DNA from: an uncultured Gemmataceae bacterium
GTDB lineage: Bacteria; Planctomycetota; Planctomycetia; Gemmatales; Gemmataceae
Direction of reading: 5' to 3'
Assembly (NCBI GenBank): GCA_963750165.1
Contig: CAVVPN010000011.1
Span: forward strand, 480,001-544,000
Length of the DNA stretch: 64,000 nucleotides
This document shows, piece by piece, positions 1 through 10,196 of this stretch; position 1 is the stretch's first letter; each line of letters begins with the position of its first letter. Made by a program: the position numbers and the translations under genes. Below the pieces are notes generated by a model. That model was not told the origin of the DNA, did not search any database, and saw nothing but the letters and a program-made list of their open reading frames with translations.

Positions 1-672
1 TTCCGCCGACTCGTCCATCAGCCGGCCGAAGCCGAGCAGACGCAGCAGCCAACCGCAGTCGTCCTCGTCACCGGACGCGCAGGCGTCCTCGCCGTGGCAC
101 CGCAACAGTTTGAGCAGGTCGCGCACGGTGCCGACGCCGATCATCTCGATGGACCAAATCGCCTCGCTGGACGTGCCGGCCTCGGGCTCCTGCATGGGCA
201 CGCACAGTTGCAGCGGATACGACTCCTCGGTTCCCGACGCGCTGTTCTCCTCCGTGCCCTCCTCCGTGCCGACCTCCGGCATCACCGGCGACTCGGAGTC
301 GTCGTACCATTGCTCCCATTCTTTATCGATGGCGTACTCCTCGGGAACGTCGAGCCGGGCGCCGGGCTCGATGTTGATGACTTCCTCGGCCTCGTGAACC
401 GGTGGGAATTCCTCGGCGTCCGGCACGGGAGGCAATACTTCTTTTTCGTCGCCGGGCTTGGCCAGCTCGCCCACCTGCAGGGCGTCGCAGGGGACGCCCT
501 GCAGGTTGCGGACGGCTTCGACGGGGTTGCCGGTCAGGCCAAAGGTGGCGGCGGCGGTGGCGCAGCGGCCGAGCACCGACATGGGGTGCTGGCGCGCGTG
601 GTCGTAGGCCACGTAGACGGCGACGGCGCCGACGACCAGCGCGGCGACGCCACTCCAGAGCAACTTGCGCAT
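1..672 (-). CDS. Hypothetical membrane-anchored acidic protein, runs off the window edge
   Basis: Read manually: ATG at 672 after AAGGA, MRKLLWSGVAALVVGAVAVYVAYDHARQHP..., open to position 1; N-terminal hydrophobic segment, E/D-rich body. Not in the ORF track because the stop lies outside the window. Confidence 0.7.
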   Translation of the reverse strand, partial: MRKLLWSGVAALVVGAVAVYVAYDHARQHPMSVLGRCATAAATFGLTGNPVEAVRNLQGVPCDALQVGELAKPGDEKEVLPPVPDAEEFPPVHEAEEVINIEPGARLDVPEEYAIDKEWEQWYDDSESPVMPEVGTEEGTEENSASGTEESYPLQLCVPMQEPEAGTSSEAIWSIEMIGVGTVRDLLKLLRCHGEDACASGDEDDCGWLLRLLGFGRLMDESAE

Positions 673-826
673 GAAACTACACCTGTTCCTTGAAGAGAGA
701 GGGACGACATGAGTCGGCGCGGCGGCCGGGGAGTCCAACCCGACCGCCACCACGCGGGCCGCTCTATAGCGGACAGGGGCGGCGCGGAAAAGAGCAATTG
801 GCGGCCTGGGTGTGCCGCTGGATTTT

Positions 827-894
827 GGCGAGCGGCGCGGCGTCAGCCCGCCGGTGCTGTGTGTCACCGGCGGGCTGACGCCGCGCCGCTCGCC
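827..894. repeat. REP-like palindrome, family A (GAGCGG..CGTCAGC / GCTGACG..CCGCTCG)
   Basis: GGCGAGCGGCGCGGCGTCAGCCCGCCGGTG-loop-CACCGGCGGGCTGACGCCGCGCCGCTCGCC; relatives at 22096 and 57111. Confidence 0.8.
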
Positions 895-976
895 TGAAAA
901 TGCCAAAATGTAGCGACACACCCTGGCGGCCCAAACCCCTCTTTCTGCTGCAAGCGGCAGAAAGCGGGTCCTGGCG

Positions 977-1996
977 TCAGGCGTAGCGTTTGCGGATGCT
1001 GGGGAAGAGGTATTCGTGAAACGCCCGGTCCAGGTCGTAGCGTGGTGCGAAGCCCCAGTCGCGGCGGGCGGCGCTGTCGTCCACGTCCGCGGGCCAGCTG
1101 TCCACGATGCCCTGCCGCTTGGCATCGACCTGCGTGCTGATGCGGGCGTCGGGGAATTCGCGCAGCACCAGCTGGCGGACCTCCTCCGCGGATGGGTTGA
1201 AGGCGCCGATGTTGTAGACAGTGCGCGTCAACTGTTCGCGCGGCGCCGCCACCAGTTTCAGCAGTGCGTCCACGCTGTCCGGCATGGCCATGAAGGGGAT
1301 GCGCGTGTCGGGCCGCACGAAGCAGGCGTAGGGCTGGCCGCGTGCCGCCGCGTGGATCATCTCCGGCGCGAAGTCCGAGGTGCCGCCCGAGGGCACCGTG
1401 TCCGCGGAGATCAGCCCCGGGAAGCGCAGGCAGCGGAAATCGACCTTGCCCGAGAGCGTCTCGTGAGCCAGCTGCTTGTAGTGCCGGGCGTAGTAGCGGC
1501 CGATCTGTTCGCAGTACAGCTTGTTGCAGCCGTACATCGTCGTCGGCTTGGTGAATTCGTCCTCGCGCACCTTGCCGGCCTGGCGCTTGGCCTCCAGGCT
1601 CGGCAGACCGTAGGCGGCGATGGACGACGGATACAGGAAAACCACCGGCCGGCCGTGCGACTCGCCCTGGCGCTGGGCGAACTCCAGCATGGCCATCGTG
1701 CCCTCGACGTTGACGCGGTGCGCCATCATCGGCGCGAACTCGCTGCGCGTCGAGAGCAGCGCCGCCAGGTGGAAGACCAGATCGATCTCGTACTCCGCCA
1801 GAATACGGTCGAGCAACTGGCCATCGAGGATCGAGCCGGTGTAGTGCTGCCGCACCAGCGGCGCCAGGTCCGCGGCCAACGGGTTGAGGTCGAGGGTGAT
1901 GACCGGCCGGCTGCGGTCCTGGCCGAGGTGGGCGATCAGGCCGTGGCCGATCTCGCCGCTGGCGCCGGTGATGAACACGACGGGTAGACGCAACAT
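977..1996 (-). CDS. NAD-dependent epimerase/dehydratase (extended SDR, L-threonine dehydrogenase-like)
   Basis: ITGASGEIG Rossmann motif, HLAALLS, YGCNK (YxxxK), RFPGLIS..GGTSD; start ATG 1996 after GGAAAGGA. Confidence 0.9.
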   Translation of the reverse strand: MLRLPVVFITGASGEIGHGLIAHLGQDRSRPVITLDLNPLAADLAPLVRQHYTGSILDGQLLDRILAEYEIDLVFHLAALLSTRSEFAPMMAHRVNVEGTMAMLEFAQRQGESHGRPVVFLYPSSIAAYGLPSLEAKRQAGKVREDEFTKPTTMYGCNKLYCEQIGRYYARHYKQLAHETLSGKVDFRCLRFPGLISADTVPSGGTSDFAPEMIHAAARGQPYACFVRPDTRIPFMAMPDSVDALLKLVAAPREQLTRTVYNIGAFNPSAEEVRQLVLREFPDARISTQVDAKRQGIVDSWPADVDDSAARRDWGFAPRYDLDRAFHEYLFPSIRKRYA

Positions 1997-2094
1997 GGGG
2001 TCCTTTCCAGGGTCGGCGGCCGGCGGCGAAAAACGGTTGCCGGCGGCCGGGCCGCATGGGACAATAATGCGTATGCATGGTGCCGCTGATCGTG

Positions 2095-2110
2095 TGGCAC
2101 TGCAAGCGCA
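2095..2110 (+). promoter_or_regulatory. Possible sigma-54 (-24/-12) promoter
   Basis: TGGCACTGCAAGCGCA, GG-N10-GC, about 40 nt upstream of the 2153 CDS. Confidence 0.35.
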
Positions 2111-2152
2111 ATTTGAACGAACACCTCTTCCTCTGAGCGGAGGGCTCCGGGC

Positions 2153-4156
2153 ATGCACGGCGTGAAGGCGGTGGCGGCGCTATTGCTGATCGGCCTGCTA
2201 GTGGCGACCGGCACGGCGGATTACGTCATCCTGAAGGTGGACAAGGCGAAGCCCACGGAAGACCCCGCCGACGGCAAGACCGGCCCCGGCGGCAGGGTTG
2301 GCCCCGGCGGTATCCCGGGCGGCGGGCAGGCACAGGGCGACACCGGCAAGCGGTCTCCGGCGCCCGACCAGCCGATGGGCAGCTTCTTTTACGTGGTGGT
2401 TGAGGTGAAAAAGCTGCCGGAGGAGAAAGATAAATACCGCTACTACATTATGGAAGGAGTGAACCTGGTGCGGGCCAGTGGCGAGTTGCGGGTGCCCTCG
2501 CACCAGCTGGTGATCGAGAAATTCACCGCCATGTCGAGCCCGGGCCAGCGTTTCGCCAGCCTGCACAAGAAAATGTTGAAGGACGGCAAAACGCCGGAGC
2601 GGTTGTTGATCCTGATCGACTGGGCGTTGCGGCACGGCCTCGTCCGCGAGCGGCTGCCGGAGAAAAAGACCCAGAAACTCGACGCCTTCCACGCCACGAT
2701 GGAGGAACTCCGCGAGGAAATCGCCAACCTCAACAAGGAGAAGAAAACCGCCCCGGGGCTGGAGCGGGCCAAAACGACCCTGGCCGCCCTCGACAAGGTC
2801 AAGGACGCATTCTTCAAGCACCCCCCGAAGGACGACGACCCGCGCGTGACCCGCAAGGGCCCGAACGGCGAGCCGTCGCTGCTCGACTCCTACCTCAACG
2901 ACGCCAGCGCCAAACTGAAGTTCCGCAGGGTCCAGCGCCCCCACTACACCGTGGTGACCAACGTGTCGAGCAACACCGCCGCGCAGAAGGGCGTGGACGA
3001 GCGGTTGGACATCCTGGAGAAGACGTACCTGAGTTACTTTTACTGGTTCGCGCTCCAGGGCCGGCCGCAGGAAATGCCGAAACACCGCCTGGTCGCCGTG
3101 CTCATCGGCACCACCGCCTCCAGGGCGGATCGGTACGAGGCCAACGTGGAGAACTTCAACGCTGGGCCTCTGGCGGGCGACGGCTTCTTTGCCCGGAACG
3201 ACAACATGATCGTTCTGGCCTCCAGCCCCCAGGATCCGGACTACACGGATTTCGTCACCAACAACCTGGCGGAGTGGAGCAGCAAGGAATTCAAGGTGAA
3301 GTACGAGGACATGCTGGACCCGGCCTTCTGGAAGGGCAAGGAGATGAAGCGGACCGTTCACTTCCAGGAGCGGAAGTGTTTTTACGTCATCGCCTACCAG
3401 TCCCGCGCCCTGGCCCAGAAATATTTGGAAGAAGAGTCGCTATGGGAGGCGACCACGAGCCAGGCCGCCCGCCAGTTGGCGACCGCCACCGGCCTGGTGC
3501 CGCGCGGCGTCACCGCGCCGGAGTGGATTCAATACGGCTGGGGCACCTTCTTCCAGGTGCCCAACCAGGCAATGCCCGGGATCGCCCGGCCCAACTGGGT
3601 GCAGCTGGCCCACTACCGTTTCCTGGAAGAAAACAAGGTTATCAACGAGGCCAACTGCAAGGACGTGCTGCTCAACGTCGTCAGCGACCGCTACTTCCGC
3701 CAGGCGCTGAGGTCCGCCGAGCAGGTGGCCTACCTGCACGCCGAACTCAAGAAGCTGAAAAGCTCCGACTCGGACAGGCAGGCCGAGTTGACCAGGCGGC
3801 TGAAAAAAGTACAGGCGCAGAACACGAAGGATCTGCGCGTGGCCCGCTCGATGTCCTGGGCGCTGACCTACTTCCTGGCCCGGAAGAAGCTGGACGTGCT
3901 CCTGCGTTACCGTGACGAGCTGAACCGGCTGCCGCGCGAGCTGGAGTTCGGCGCGGAGGCGCTGGAGCAGTGCTTCACGCGGGCGATGCAAGGCGGCTCG
4001 GCGGCGAACCTGGCCCGGGAATGGTATCAGTACATGGGCGGCGCCGATGTCGTGGCGGACCTGCCGAACTTCAACAGCCTGCTGCTCGACGACCTGCGCG
4101 CCGAGGGCCGGCCGCCGGCGCCCAAGAAGAAGGACGATACCGACAAGAAATATTGA
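2153..4156 (+). CDS. Secreted hypothetical protein, DUF1570-like
   Basis: Signal peptide, 667 aa with good codon bias; RQL..ATGLVPR.V.APEWIQ.G and SWALTYFL segments typical of planctomycete DUF1570 proteins. Confidence 0.65.
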   Translation: MHGVKAVAALLLIGLLVATGTADYVILKVDKAKPTEDPADGKTGPGGRVGPGGIPGGGQAQGDTGKRSPAPDQPMGSFFYVVVEVKKLPEEKDKYRYYIMEGVNLVRASGELRVPSHQLVIEKFTAMSSPGQRFASLHKKMLKDGKTPERLLILIDWALRHGLVRERLPEKKTQKLDAFHATMEELREEIANLNKEKKTAPGLERAKTTLAALDKVKDAFFKHPPKDDDPRVTRKGPNGEPSLLDSYLNDASAKLKFRRVQRPHYTVVTNVSSNTAAQKGVDERLDILEKTYLSYFYWFALQGRPQEMPKHRLVAVLIGTTASRADRYEANVENFNAGPLAGDGFFARNDNMIVLASSPQDPDYTDFVTNNLAEWSSKEFKVKYEDMLDPAFWKGKEMKRTVHFQERKCFYVIAYQSRALAQKYLEEESLWEATTSQAARQLATATGLVPRGVTAPEWIQYGWGTFFQVPNQAMPGIARPNWVQLAHYRFLEENKVINEANCKDVLLNVVSDRYFRQALRSAEQVAYLHAELKKLKSSDSDRQAELTRRLKKVQAQNTKDLRVARSMSWALTYFLARKKLDVLLRYRDELNRLPRELEFGAEALEQCFTRAMQGGSAANLAREWYQYMGGADVVADLPNFNSLLLDDLRAEGRPPAPKKKDDTDKKY

Positions 4157-4234
4157 GCGACCACGAAGGAGGCGCGGCGGCGGAGGACCAGCGCGGTTCG
4201 CAGTCGCGTGGCCCACAAACGGCAGGCCGGCGCT

Positions 4235-4410
4235 GCCAGGCGCCGCATCTCCACGTATGAAAAAGTTGGCGTTCTTGGCGTTCTTGGCGTCCTTGCTGTG
4301 ACAACCGCCGCCGCTGGTCGCGCCGTGCCAGCCGCACGGGGCCAGGGCGCCGATTCTCGACGTGTGAAAAAGTTGGCCCCCTTGGCCCCCTTGGCCCCCT
4401 TGCTGTGGCA
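4235..4410 (+). repeat. Two tandem copies of a ~70-bp dispersed repeat with 9-mer periodic tail
   Basis: TCTC(C/G)ACGT(A/G)TGAAAAAGTTGG followed by three TTGGCnnnC units and TTGCTGTG(A/G)CA at ~4235-4303 and ~4341-4410; third copy inverted at 18249-18320. Confidence 0.85.
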
Positions 4411-4496
4411 GTACAGGCCCCTGCTGGTCAAGCTGTGCCCGCCGTCCCACCCCGGGCGCGATCCGCGTGCGAACCGCTCTAGCGCCCCGGGCAAGG

Positions 4497-6160
4497 TCAC
4501 GGCGGGTTCTGCCGGTCGTTGGCGCGGCGGATGGCCAGCACCAACCGCACGCCCATCAGCAGCGACACACCGTAGCCGAGTACACCCGGGATCGACATCC
4601 CGAACAACACCGGCGGCGCCGCGGCGCTCCACAGCGCCGCCGAGCCCAGACATAGCGCCGCCGTCAACAGCCCCATGACCAGCCGGTTCACCGTCTCCTC
4701 CAGGCGACGGTGCTCCATACGGACCTCCAGGGTGCCGCTGCGCACGCGCTGCAAAATCTCCGCCAGGTCGCGCGGCAACATCTCCAGCAGCCGGTCCCAG
4801 TCGCGCACCGCCCGTTGCAGTCTGCCGAGCCAGCGCTTCGGCGAGAAGCGGCGCCGCAGCGTCTTCGTCGCGAACGGCTGGATCAGCTCCGCCAGGCTGA
4901 AGTCCGGGTGCAGCGCCGCGCGGTGCCGTCCAGCATCACCAGCGTCTTCAGCAGCAGCGAGCCCGACGGCGGCAGCACGATGCGAAAACGGTGGATGATG
5001 TCGCGCATGCGGTTGAGCGCCTCACTCAGGTTCAGGTCATGCACCGACTGGTTCGTGTACTCCGCCAGGAACGCGCTGACCTCGCTGCGCAGCGCCTCGC
5101 GGTCCAGGTCCTGCGGCGTGGCGCCGAGCCGCATGACGACGCCGGCCAGTTCCTGCGTGTCGTTCATGAGGATGGCCAGCAGGATGTTTTCGATCTCCTC
5201 GCGCAACCGATCATCGATGCGGCCGACCATGCCACAGTCGAGCACGCCGACGACGCCGCCCGGCAGCAGCATCAGGTTGCCCGGGTGCGGGTCCGCGTGG
5301 TAGAAGCCGTGGCGAAAAATCATCTCCAGGTACATGTTGGCACCGCGCCGCGCGAACTCGTTCAGGTTGGCGCCGGTCGCCTGCAGGGCCGGCACGTCCT
5401 CGGCACTGACGCCGCGGAAGCGCTCCATCGTCAGTACGCGCCGGCTGCACAGCGCCGGGTACACGGCCGGGAACCGCACCATGCGGTTGTCGCGGAAATT
5501 GCGGAGGAATTCCTCCAGGTTGCGGCGCTCGGAGGAGAAGTCCAGTTCCTGCATAAGCAGGCGGCGGAACTCGCGCACCAGCGCCACTGGCTGGTACGGC
5601 CGCACTGGCGAAACGTGCTTGTGCGCCAGTTCGGCCAGGCCGCCCATGATGTCGAGGTCTTGCAGAATCTTGGTCTCGATGGCGGCGTGTTGCACCTTGA
5701 CCACCACGGACTGACCGCCGTGCAGCGTCGCGACGTGGACCTGGCCGATGGACGCCGACGCCAGCGGCCGGTCATCGAAGGTGGCGAACAGCTCTTCGAC
5801 GGATTTGCCCAGGTCTGCCTGGATGGTGGCGCGCACGGCGGCCGGCGCGTCGGGCGGCGTCTGCGAGCACAGCCGGGTCAGTTCCTGGGCCAGGGCCGGC
5901 CCGACGAGGTCGGCGCGGGTGCTGAGCATCTGGCCGAGTTTGATGAAGGTCGGCCCCAGATCGGTCAGCGCCAGGCGAATACGGCCCTCGTGCGTTAGCT
6001 TGCCGAGTCGCTCGCCGTCGAAGCTCACGAGGCGGCCCTGCAACCATTCGTACTTCAGGCCGCTGAGCCAGTCCGCCAGGCCATACTTGCCCAGGATAGC
6101 CAGGATTTCCGCCAGCCGGCGGGCGTTGCGTTCCGTGCGCGCGAGGACCGAAAGACGCAT
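4497..6160 (-). CDS. ABC1/AarF (UbiB-family) atypical kinase; one frameshift near 4920
   Basis: LGPTFIKLGQMLSTRADL, ASASIGQVH, VVVKVQ, HADPHPGN, LDCGMVG; C-terminal TM helices in ORF 4497-4808. Confidence 0.9.
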
Positions 6161-6179
6161 GGCGAAGGCCCTGTGCCGG

Positions 6180-6836
6180 CTACCGTTGAGGCCCCGTGCC
6201 GGAGAGCCGTTTGCCGGCCTCCTGCAGCCCGCGGCCGATGGTGTCGAACAGCGCCCCCAGCGCTTGCCGTGAAAGCGTCAGGCCCGCCCCGACCGACTCC
6301 TTGCCGAGCTGCAGCGGATGCTGCTGCGCGGCGCTGACGGCGGCTTCGAGGCCGGGCTGGATGCGCTGGACTGTCGCCGTGGCGTGCTCGCGCAGCGCCC
6401 CGAGCTGGGCCGCCGTCACGGAGCGAAATTTGTTAGCGTACTCCGAAACGGTGTCCACGAACTTCGTGCCGACGGCGCGCAGGTCGGTGTGGAATTTGGT
6501 CAGATCCTCCGCGGCGAAGGTCTTGCGCTGGGCGTTGGCCTCCTCCACAGCCAGGCGGGCGGCCAGGGCCAGCGTGGCCAGGCCGTCACCCAGGCCGTCC
6601 ACGACCTGGCGCAGAACGCTCTCAGGCTGGGGCGGCACGGCCCGGTTCACGGCCGCCGCGGCGCCGTCCAGCACCGAGCGGGCCAGGCCGAGCAGGCCCT
6701 CCGGCTTCAGGCAGCACTTCTCGGCGGCCCGGGACACCAACTGGGAGACCCGGCCGCGCACGTCCTGGCCCTGAGTGACGATGACCTCGGCCTGCTCCTG
6801 GACCTCGGTTGGAGTGATTTCCGGTGGTTCGCTCAT
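6180..6836 (-). CDS. Alanine-rich helical hypothetical protein, co-oriented directly upstream of the UbiB kinase
   Basis: MSEPPEITPTEV... start after GAAAGGG; amphipathic helical composition. Confidence 0.65.
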   Translation of the reverse strand: MSEPPEITPTEVQEQAEVIVTQGQDVRGRVSQLVSRAAEKCCLKPEGLLGLARSVLDGAAAAVNRAVPPQPESVLRQVVDGLGDGLATLALAARLAVEEANAQRKTFAAEDLTKFHTDLRAVGTKFVDTVSEYANKFRSVTAAQLGALREHATATVQRIQPGLEAAVSAAQQHPLQLGKESVGAGLTLSRQALGALFDTIGRGLQEAGKRLSGTGPQR

Positions 6837-7348
6837 GTTGGCAACCCTTTCCCGCGCACGCTGGTGCGCGCATGCTCCCCCTGCCTGCCCATATTCTCGC
6901 CGCGGCGCCCGGGCTTGGGAATAGCAAGTTCGACCGTGGCAAACCGTGCAGGGCGGCGCGGTGGGCGAAACGGGGGAATTCAGGCCGGCCAACTTCCGCA
7001 AGCCCGACTCGGCAGGCGGCGGCGACCTGCGCAGGGACTGGGCCTGATAGGCTGGGGAGACCTGGCAAGCGCCGGCAGGTCAGCGATGGGCCTTTCGCAG
7101 AAACGCATTCTTGTATAAACTATGCGTGATTTGTGAAGCGGCCGACGAGCCCAAACGCACGGATGCGGACCCGGCTCAGACGTTCCTCTCCCAGATGCTA
7201 CCCACTCTGAAGCAGTGTCTCGCTTCGCCCCCCGCATCGTGAAAATAGCTATGGTTGCTTGCCCCCGGCGCCGCCGGGCAGGGTTCGTTCGGAACGGCCG
7301 AAGATGGCACTGGTTTGGGAGGCGAGCGTGTTTCGCAATAGCTCCGCC

Positions 7349-8086
7349 ATGTTCAAGCGCATCAAACAAGAGTCGGGGGTAGTGTTGAAGCTGATCTTCC
7401 CACATGGGCCGTGCGCCCGTCCGTTGCCCGTCCCGAGGTGGCGCGTGATGCGGGACTCGACCTGGTATCCCGCCGGCAAGGTGGCCCTGGACTTCGTGGC
7501 CGCGGTCGTCCTGCTGGTGCTGCTGACGCCGGTGATCCTGCTGGCGATGCTGCTCGTCAAGCTGACCTCGCGCGGCCCGGCGATCTACACGCAGACGCGC
7601 ATGGGCCTGAACGGTAAGCCGTTCACGATCTTCAAACTGCGGACGATGGTTTACCGGTGTGAGCGTCTCACGGGCGCTACCTGGTCGCGGCCCGGTGACC
7701 CGCGCGTGACGCCGGTCGGCCGCTTCCTGCGCAAGACGCACCTGGACGAGTTGCCGCAGCTGATTAACGTCATCCTCGGCCAGATGAGTCTGGTCGGGCC
7801 GCGGCCGGAGCGGCCGGAGTTCCTGCCGCAGCTGGAGCAGGAGATCCCGCACTACCGCGAGCGGCTACAGGTGCGGCCGGGCGTCACGGGCCTGGCCCAG
7901 GTGCAGCTGCCGCCGGACACCGACCTTGACAGTGTGCGGCTGAAGCTGGCCTACGACCTGTATTACGTGCAGCAAGCCAGCTTCTGGCTGGACGTGCGCA
8001 TCATCCTGAGCACAGCGCTGAAGATGGCTGGCCTATCGTTCGCGCTGTTGCGGCGGCTGTTCCGCATCCCGGCGCGAGACGATTGA
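7349..8086 (+). CDS. Bacterial sugar transferase (polyprenyl-phosphate phosphoglycosyl transferase domain)
   Basis: [66 protein letters not shown]; start codon uncertain. Confidence 0.9.
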   Translation: MFKRIKQESGVVLKLIFPHGPCARPLPVPRWRVMRDSTWYPAGKVALDFVAAVVLLVLLTPVILLAMLLVKLTSRGPAIYTQTRMGLNGKPFTIFKLRTMVYRCERLTGATWSRPGDPRVTPVGRFLRKTHLDELPQLINVILGQMSLVGPRPERPEFLPQLEQEIPHYRERLQVRPGVTGLAQVQLPPDTDLDSVRLKLAYDLYYVQQASFWLDVRIILSTALKMAGLSFALLRRLFRIPARDD

Positions 8087-8173
8087 GTCGGCCTACCGCA
8101 GCCTGAGCCCGGAGCCGTGTCCGGCCCAGGCCCGCCTGCGGACGGCGTGACGGTCGGGGGTAGTGAAGCACCC

Positions 8174-8547
8174 TCAGTCGCCATTCCCGAACCACCGCGG
8201 CAAGGCGGTCGGCAGTTCTTCCACGAACTTGCTGCGCGGCAGCACCAGGTCGCAACCGGCTTCGCGCGCCGCCCGCAGCCCCGCGGCGTCCACGTGCGAA
8301 CCGTAGGCGACGACGAACGGCGGCGCCGGCCCGGCCTGCAACCGGCCCAGCAACGCGGCCACGTCCAGTCCCGGGTTGTCCAGGTCCACGACCACGCACG
8401 TCGGCGGCTCCTGCTCCGCCAGCGCCAGCAGCAGCGCCGAGGACCGCGCCGGCTTGATGAAGAGTCCGTGCGCCGCGCCGTTGCGGTGATGCGGCTGGTG
8501 AAGATCAGGTCGTCGGACAGCAGCAGGCCAGCGGCGTTGCTGGACAC
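8174..8547 (-). CDS. Single-domain CheY-like receiver protein; frameshift near 8480
   Basis: GTG after AAGGAG; LLLSDDLIFTSRI joined to VVVDLDNPG, VVAYGSHVD, AREAGCDLVLPRS. Confidence 0.75.
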
Positions 8548-8558
8548 GAGATGCTCCT

Positions 8559-8906
8559 TCAAATGGCCTCGGGGCCGCGCTCGCCGGTGCGGATGCGGAT
8601 GCAGTCGTCGAGCGGCAGGATGAAGATTTTGCCGTCGCCAATGCGGCCCTCCGGCCCGGTGCGGCCCGCCTCCATGATGGCGTTGACCGTCGGCTCCACG
8701 AAGTCCTCGTTGACCGCGACCTGCAACTGCACCTTGCGCAACAGATTCACCGTCAGTTCGTGGCCGCGGTAAACTTCCGAGTGGCCCTTCTGCCGGCCGA
8801 AGCCCTGCACGTCCACGATGGTCATGCGGAAGACCTCGACTTTACTGAGGGCCTCCTTGACGGCCTCTAGCTTCGACGGCTGGATGATGGCGAGGATGAG
8901 TTTCAT
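8559..8906 (-). CDS. glnB: Nitrogen regulatory protein P-II (GlnB/GlnK)
   Basis: MKLILAIIQPSKLEAVKEAL, GFGRQKG, T-loop YRG, GDGKIF, RIRTGE; glnB versus glnK cannot be resolved. Confidence 0.92.
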   Translation of the reverse strand: MKLILAIIQPSKLEAVKEALSKVEVFRMTIVDVQGFGRQKGHSEVYRGHELTVNLLRKVQLQVAVNEDFVEPTVNAIMEAGRTGPEGRIGDGKIFILPLDDCIRIRTGERGPEAI

Positions 8907-8928
8907 GCCCTATTCCCACAAAGGAAAC

Positions 8929-9510
8929 TCAGTTTAACAAGTCGGCACAGGCCACCGTCACGGTGGGGGCAGCCAGGGGACTGATGCGGTCGGCACTGGA
9001 ATGCACCGTTTTGCTTTGGTAGCCGTGACCATAATCCTGAGCAAGATCGGGGCACGGTTGTCGGTATACTTCTACTTGATTGTCCACCAAATTGATCACC
9101 CAGTAATCGGCGAGGCCGGCAGTCGCATACAAGCTCGCCTTGCGCGTGCGGTCGAAAGTCAGCGTGGTGTCACTCACTTCAACGATTAACAGGGCGGTGG
9201 TGGGATGGTCGGTGTAATCCTCGCGCCTGCCCGGCACGACAGACACGTCGGGTTCCGGGTCCGAGAATCGGCCCAGGTTCAACGGCAACTTCGCCCGCAC
9301 CCAGCACGCCGACCAGGCCCGGCGCAGCACCTCCGCCGCTCGGTCCACCGTGGACGCATGGGGCCAGTTTTGCGGGCTCAACACCATGATGTCGCCCTCG
9401 ATTAATTCGGCCCGCTGGCCCTGGAACATGCCCAACTCGGCCAGGCGGTAAAACTCCGCCCGCGTCCAGCGGCGCATCTGTGGTTCCGCGGTCCTGGTTG
9501 GGGAACTCAC
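8929..9510 (-). CDS. Uma2 family PD-(D/E)XK endonuclease-like protein
   Basis: ELIEG, PEPDVSVV, LIVEVSDTTL.FDR..KASLYA.AG..DYWVINL. Confidence 0.9.
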   Translation of the reverse strand: MSSPTRTAEPQMRRWTRAEFYRLAELGMFQGQRAELIEGDIMVLSPQNWPHASTVDRAAEVLRRAWSACWVRAKLPLNLGRFSDPEPDVSVVPGRREDYTDHPTTALLIVEVSDTTLTFDRTRKASLYATAGLADYWVINLVDNQVEVYRQPCPDLAQDYGHGYQSKTVHSSADRISPLAAPTVTVACADLLN

Positions 9511-9640
9511 GCTCTTTCCCTCCCCTCCCGGTAAACAGTCCTGGTTCGTGGCCCCACTTCAGGTGTGACCACGAACCAGGGATCGCTCTTGCCGATTTTA
9601 GCAAAACCATGGAGGAGGGACCGCGGCGCCGCGGGAGTTG

Positions 9641-10135
9641 CTACTTCTTGATCCGGAAGGAGTCGAGCCACCGCCGCACTTCCGGGTTCGACAGACGGCC
9701 CTGGTTGCCGCCGGCAATCAGGACGTACCAGCGGCCCTCATGGAGGCCCATGCGGCCCGCGATGTAGCCCTTGGGGTTCTTGGACTCCATTTCAAATTCC
9801 CAGAAGAGCTTCCCTTCCACGGCGACGTTTTTCCGGCTCAGGACCGTGGCCTTGTGGTGGCCGCACATGCCCTGCAACGCATGCTCCATACTGAAGGGCC
9901 GGCTAGAGGGGATGTTCACAAAAGCGACCATGTACGAGACGTTCGGGAGGTCGGCGCCATAGGCGGTCATGGTCATGTCCAGAATGGGCATGTCCTTGCG
10001 CCCGGGAAAGCCCGGCATGAGGATCGAGAACTTCCCTTCCTCCGACGAGAACTCGCGCCACTCCTTGCTGCACCCCGACAACAGCACCGGCGCCAGCAGC
10101 GCCGCCGCCAGCATCAACCGTCGCACCTTCCACAT
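9641..10135 (-). CDS. Hypothetical lipoprotein
   Basis: MWKVRRLMLAAALLAPVLLSGC lipobox; WREFSSEEGKFSILMPG. Confidence 0.7.
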   Translation of the reverse strand: MWKVRRLMLAAALLAPVLLSGCSKEWREFSSEEGKFSILMPGFPGRKDMPILDMTMTAYGADLPNVSYMVAFVNIPSSRPFSMEHALQGMCGHHKATVLSRKNVAVEGKLFWEFEMESKNPKGYIAGRMGLHEGRWYVLIAGGNQGRLSNPEVRRWLDSFRIKK

Positions 10136-10196
10136 GTCCTGGGCACCTCCGGGGAAGCGAGAACCACTACCCGGGGCCTGGCAGCCACGGAGCACG

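Noticed and set aside
4235..4410. Repeat-spacer-repeat as a mini CRISPR array
   Set aside because: Only two non-identical ~70-bp units with internal 9-mer periodicity, a dispersed third copy, and no cas genes.
6930..6980. c-di-GMP-I riboswitch (GGCAAAC)
   Set aside because: Downstream GNRA loop / GCAAA elements and P2 stem are not present.
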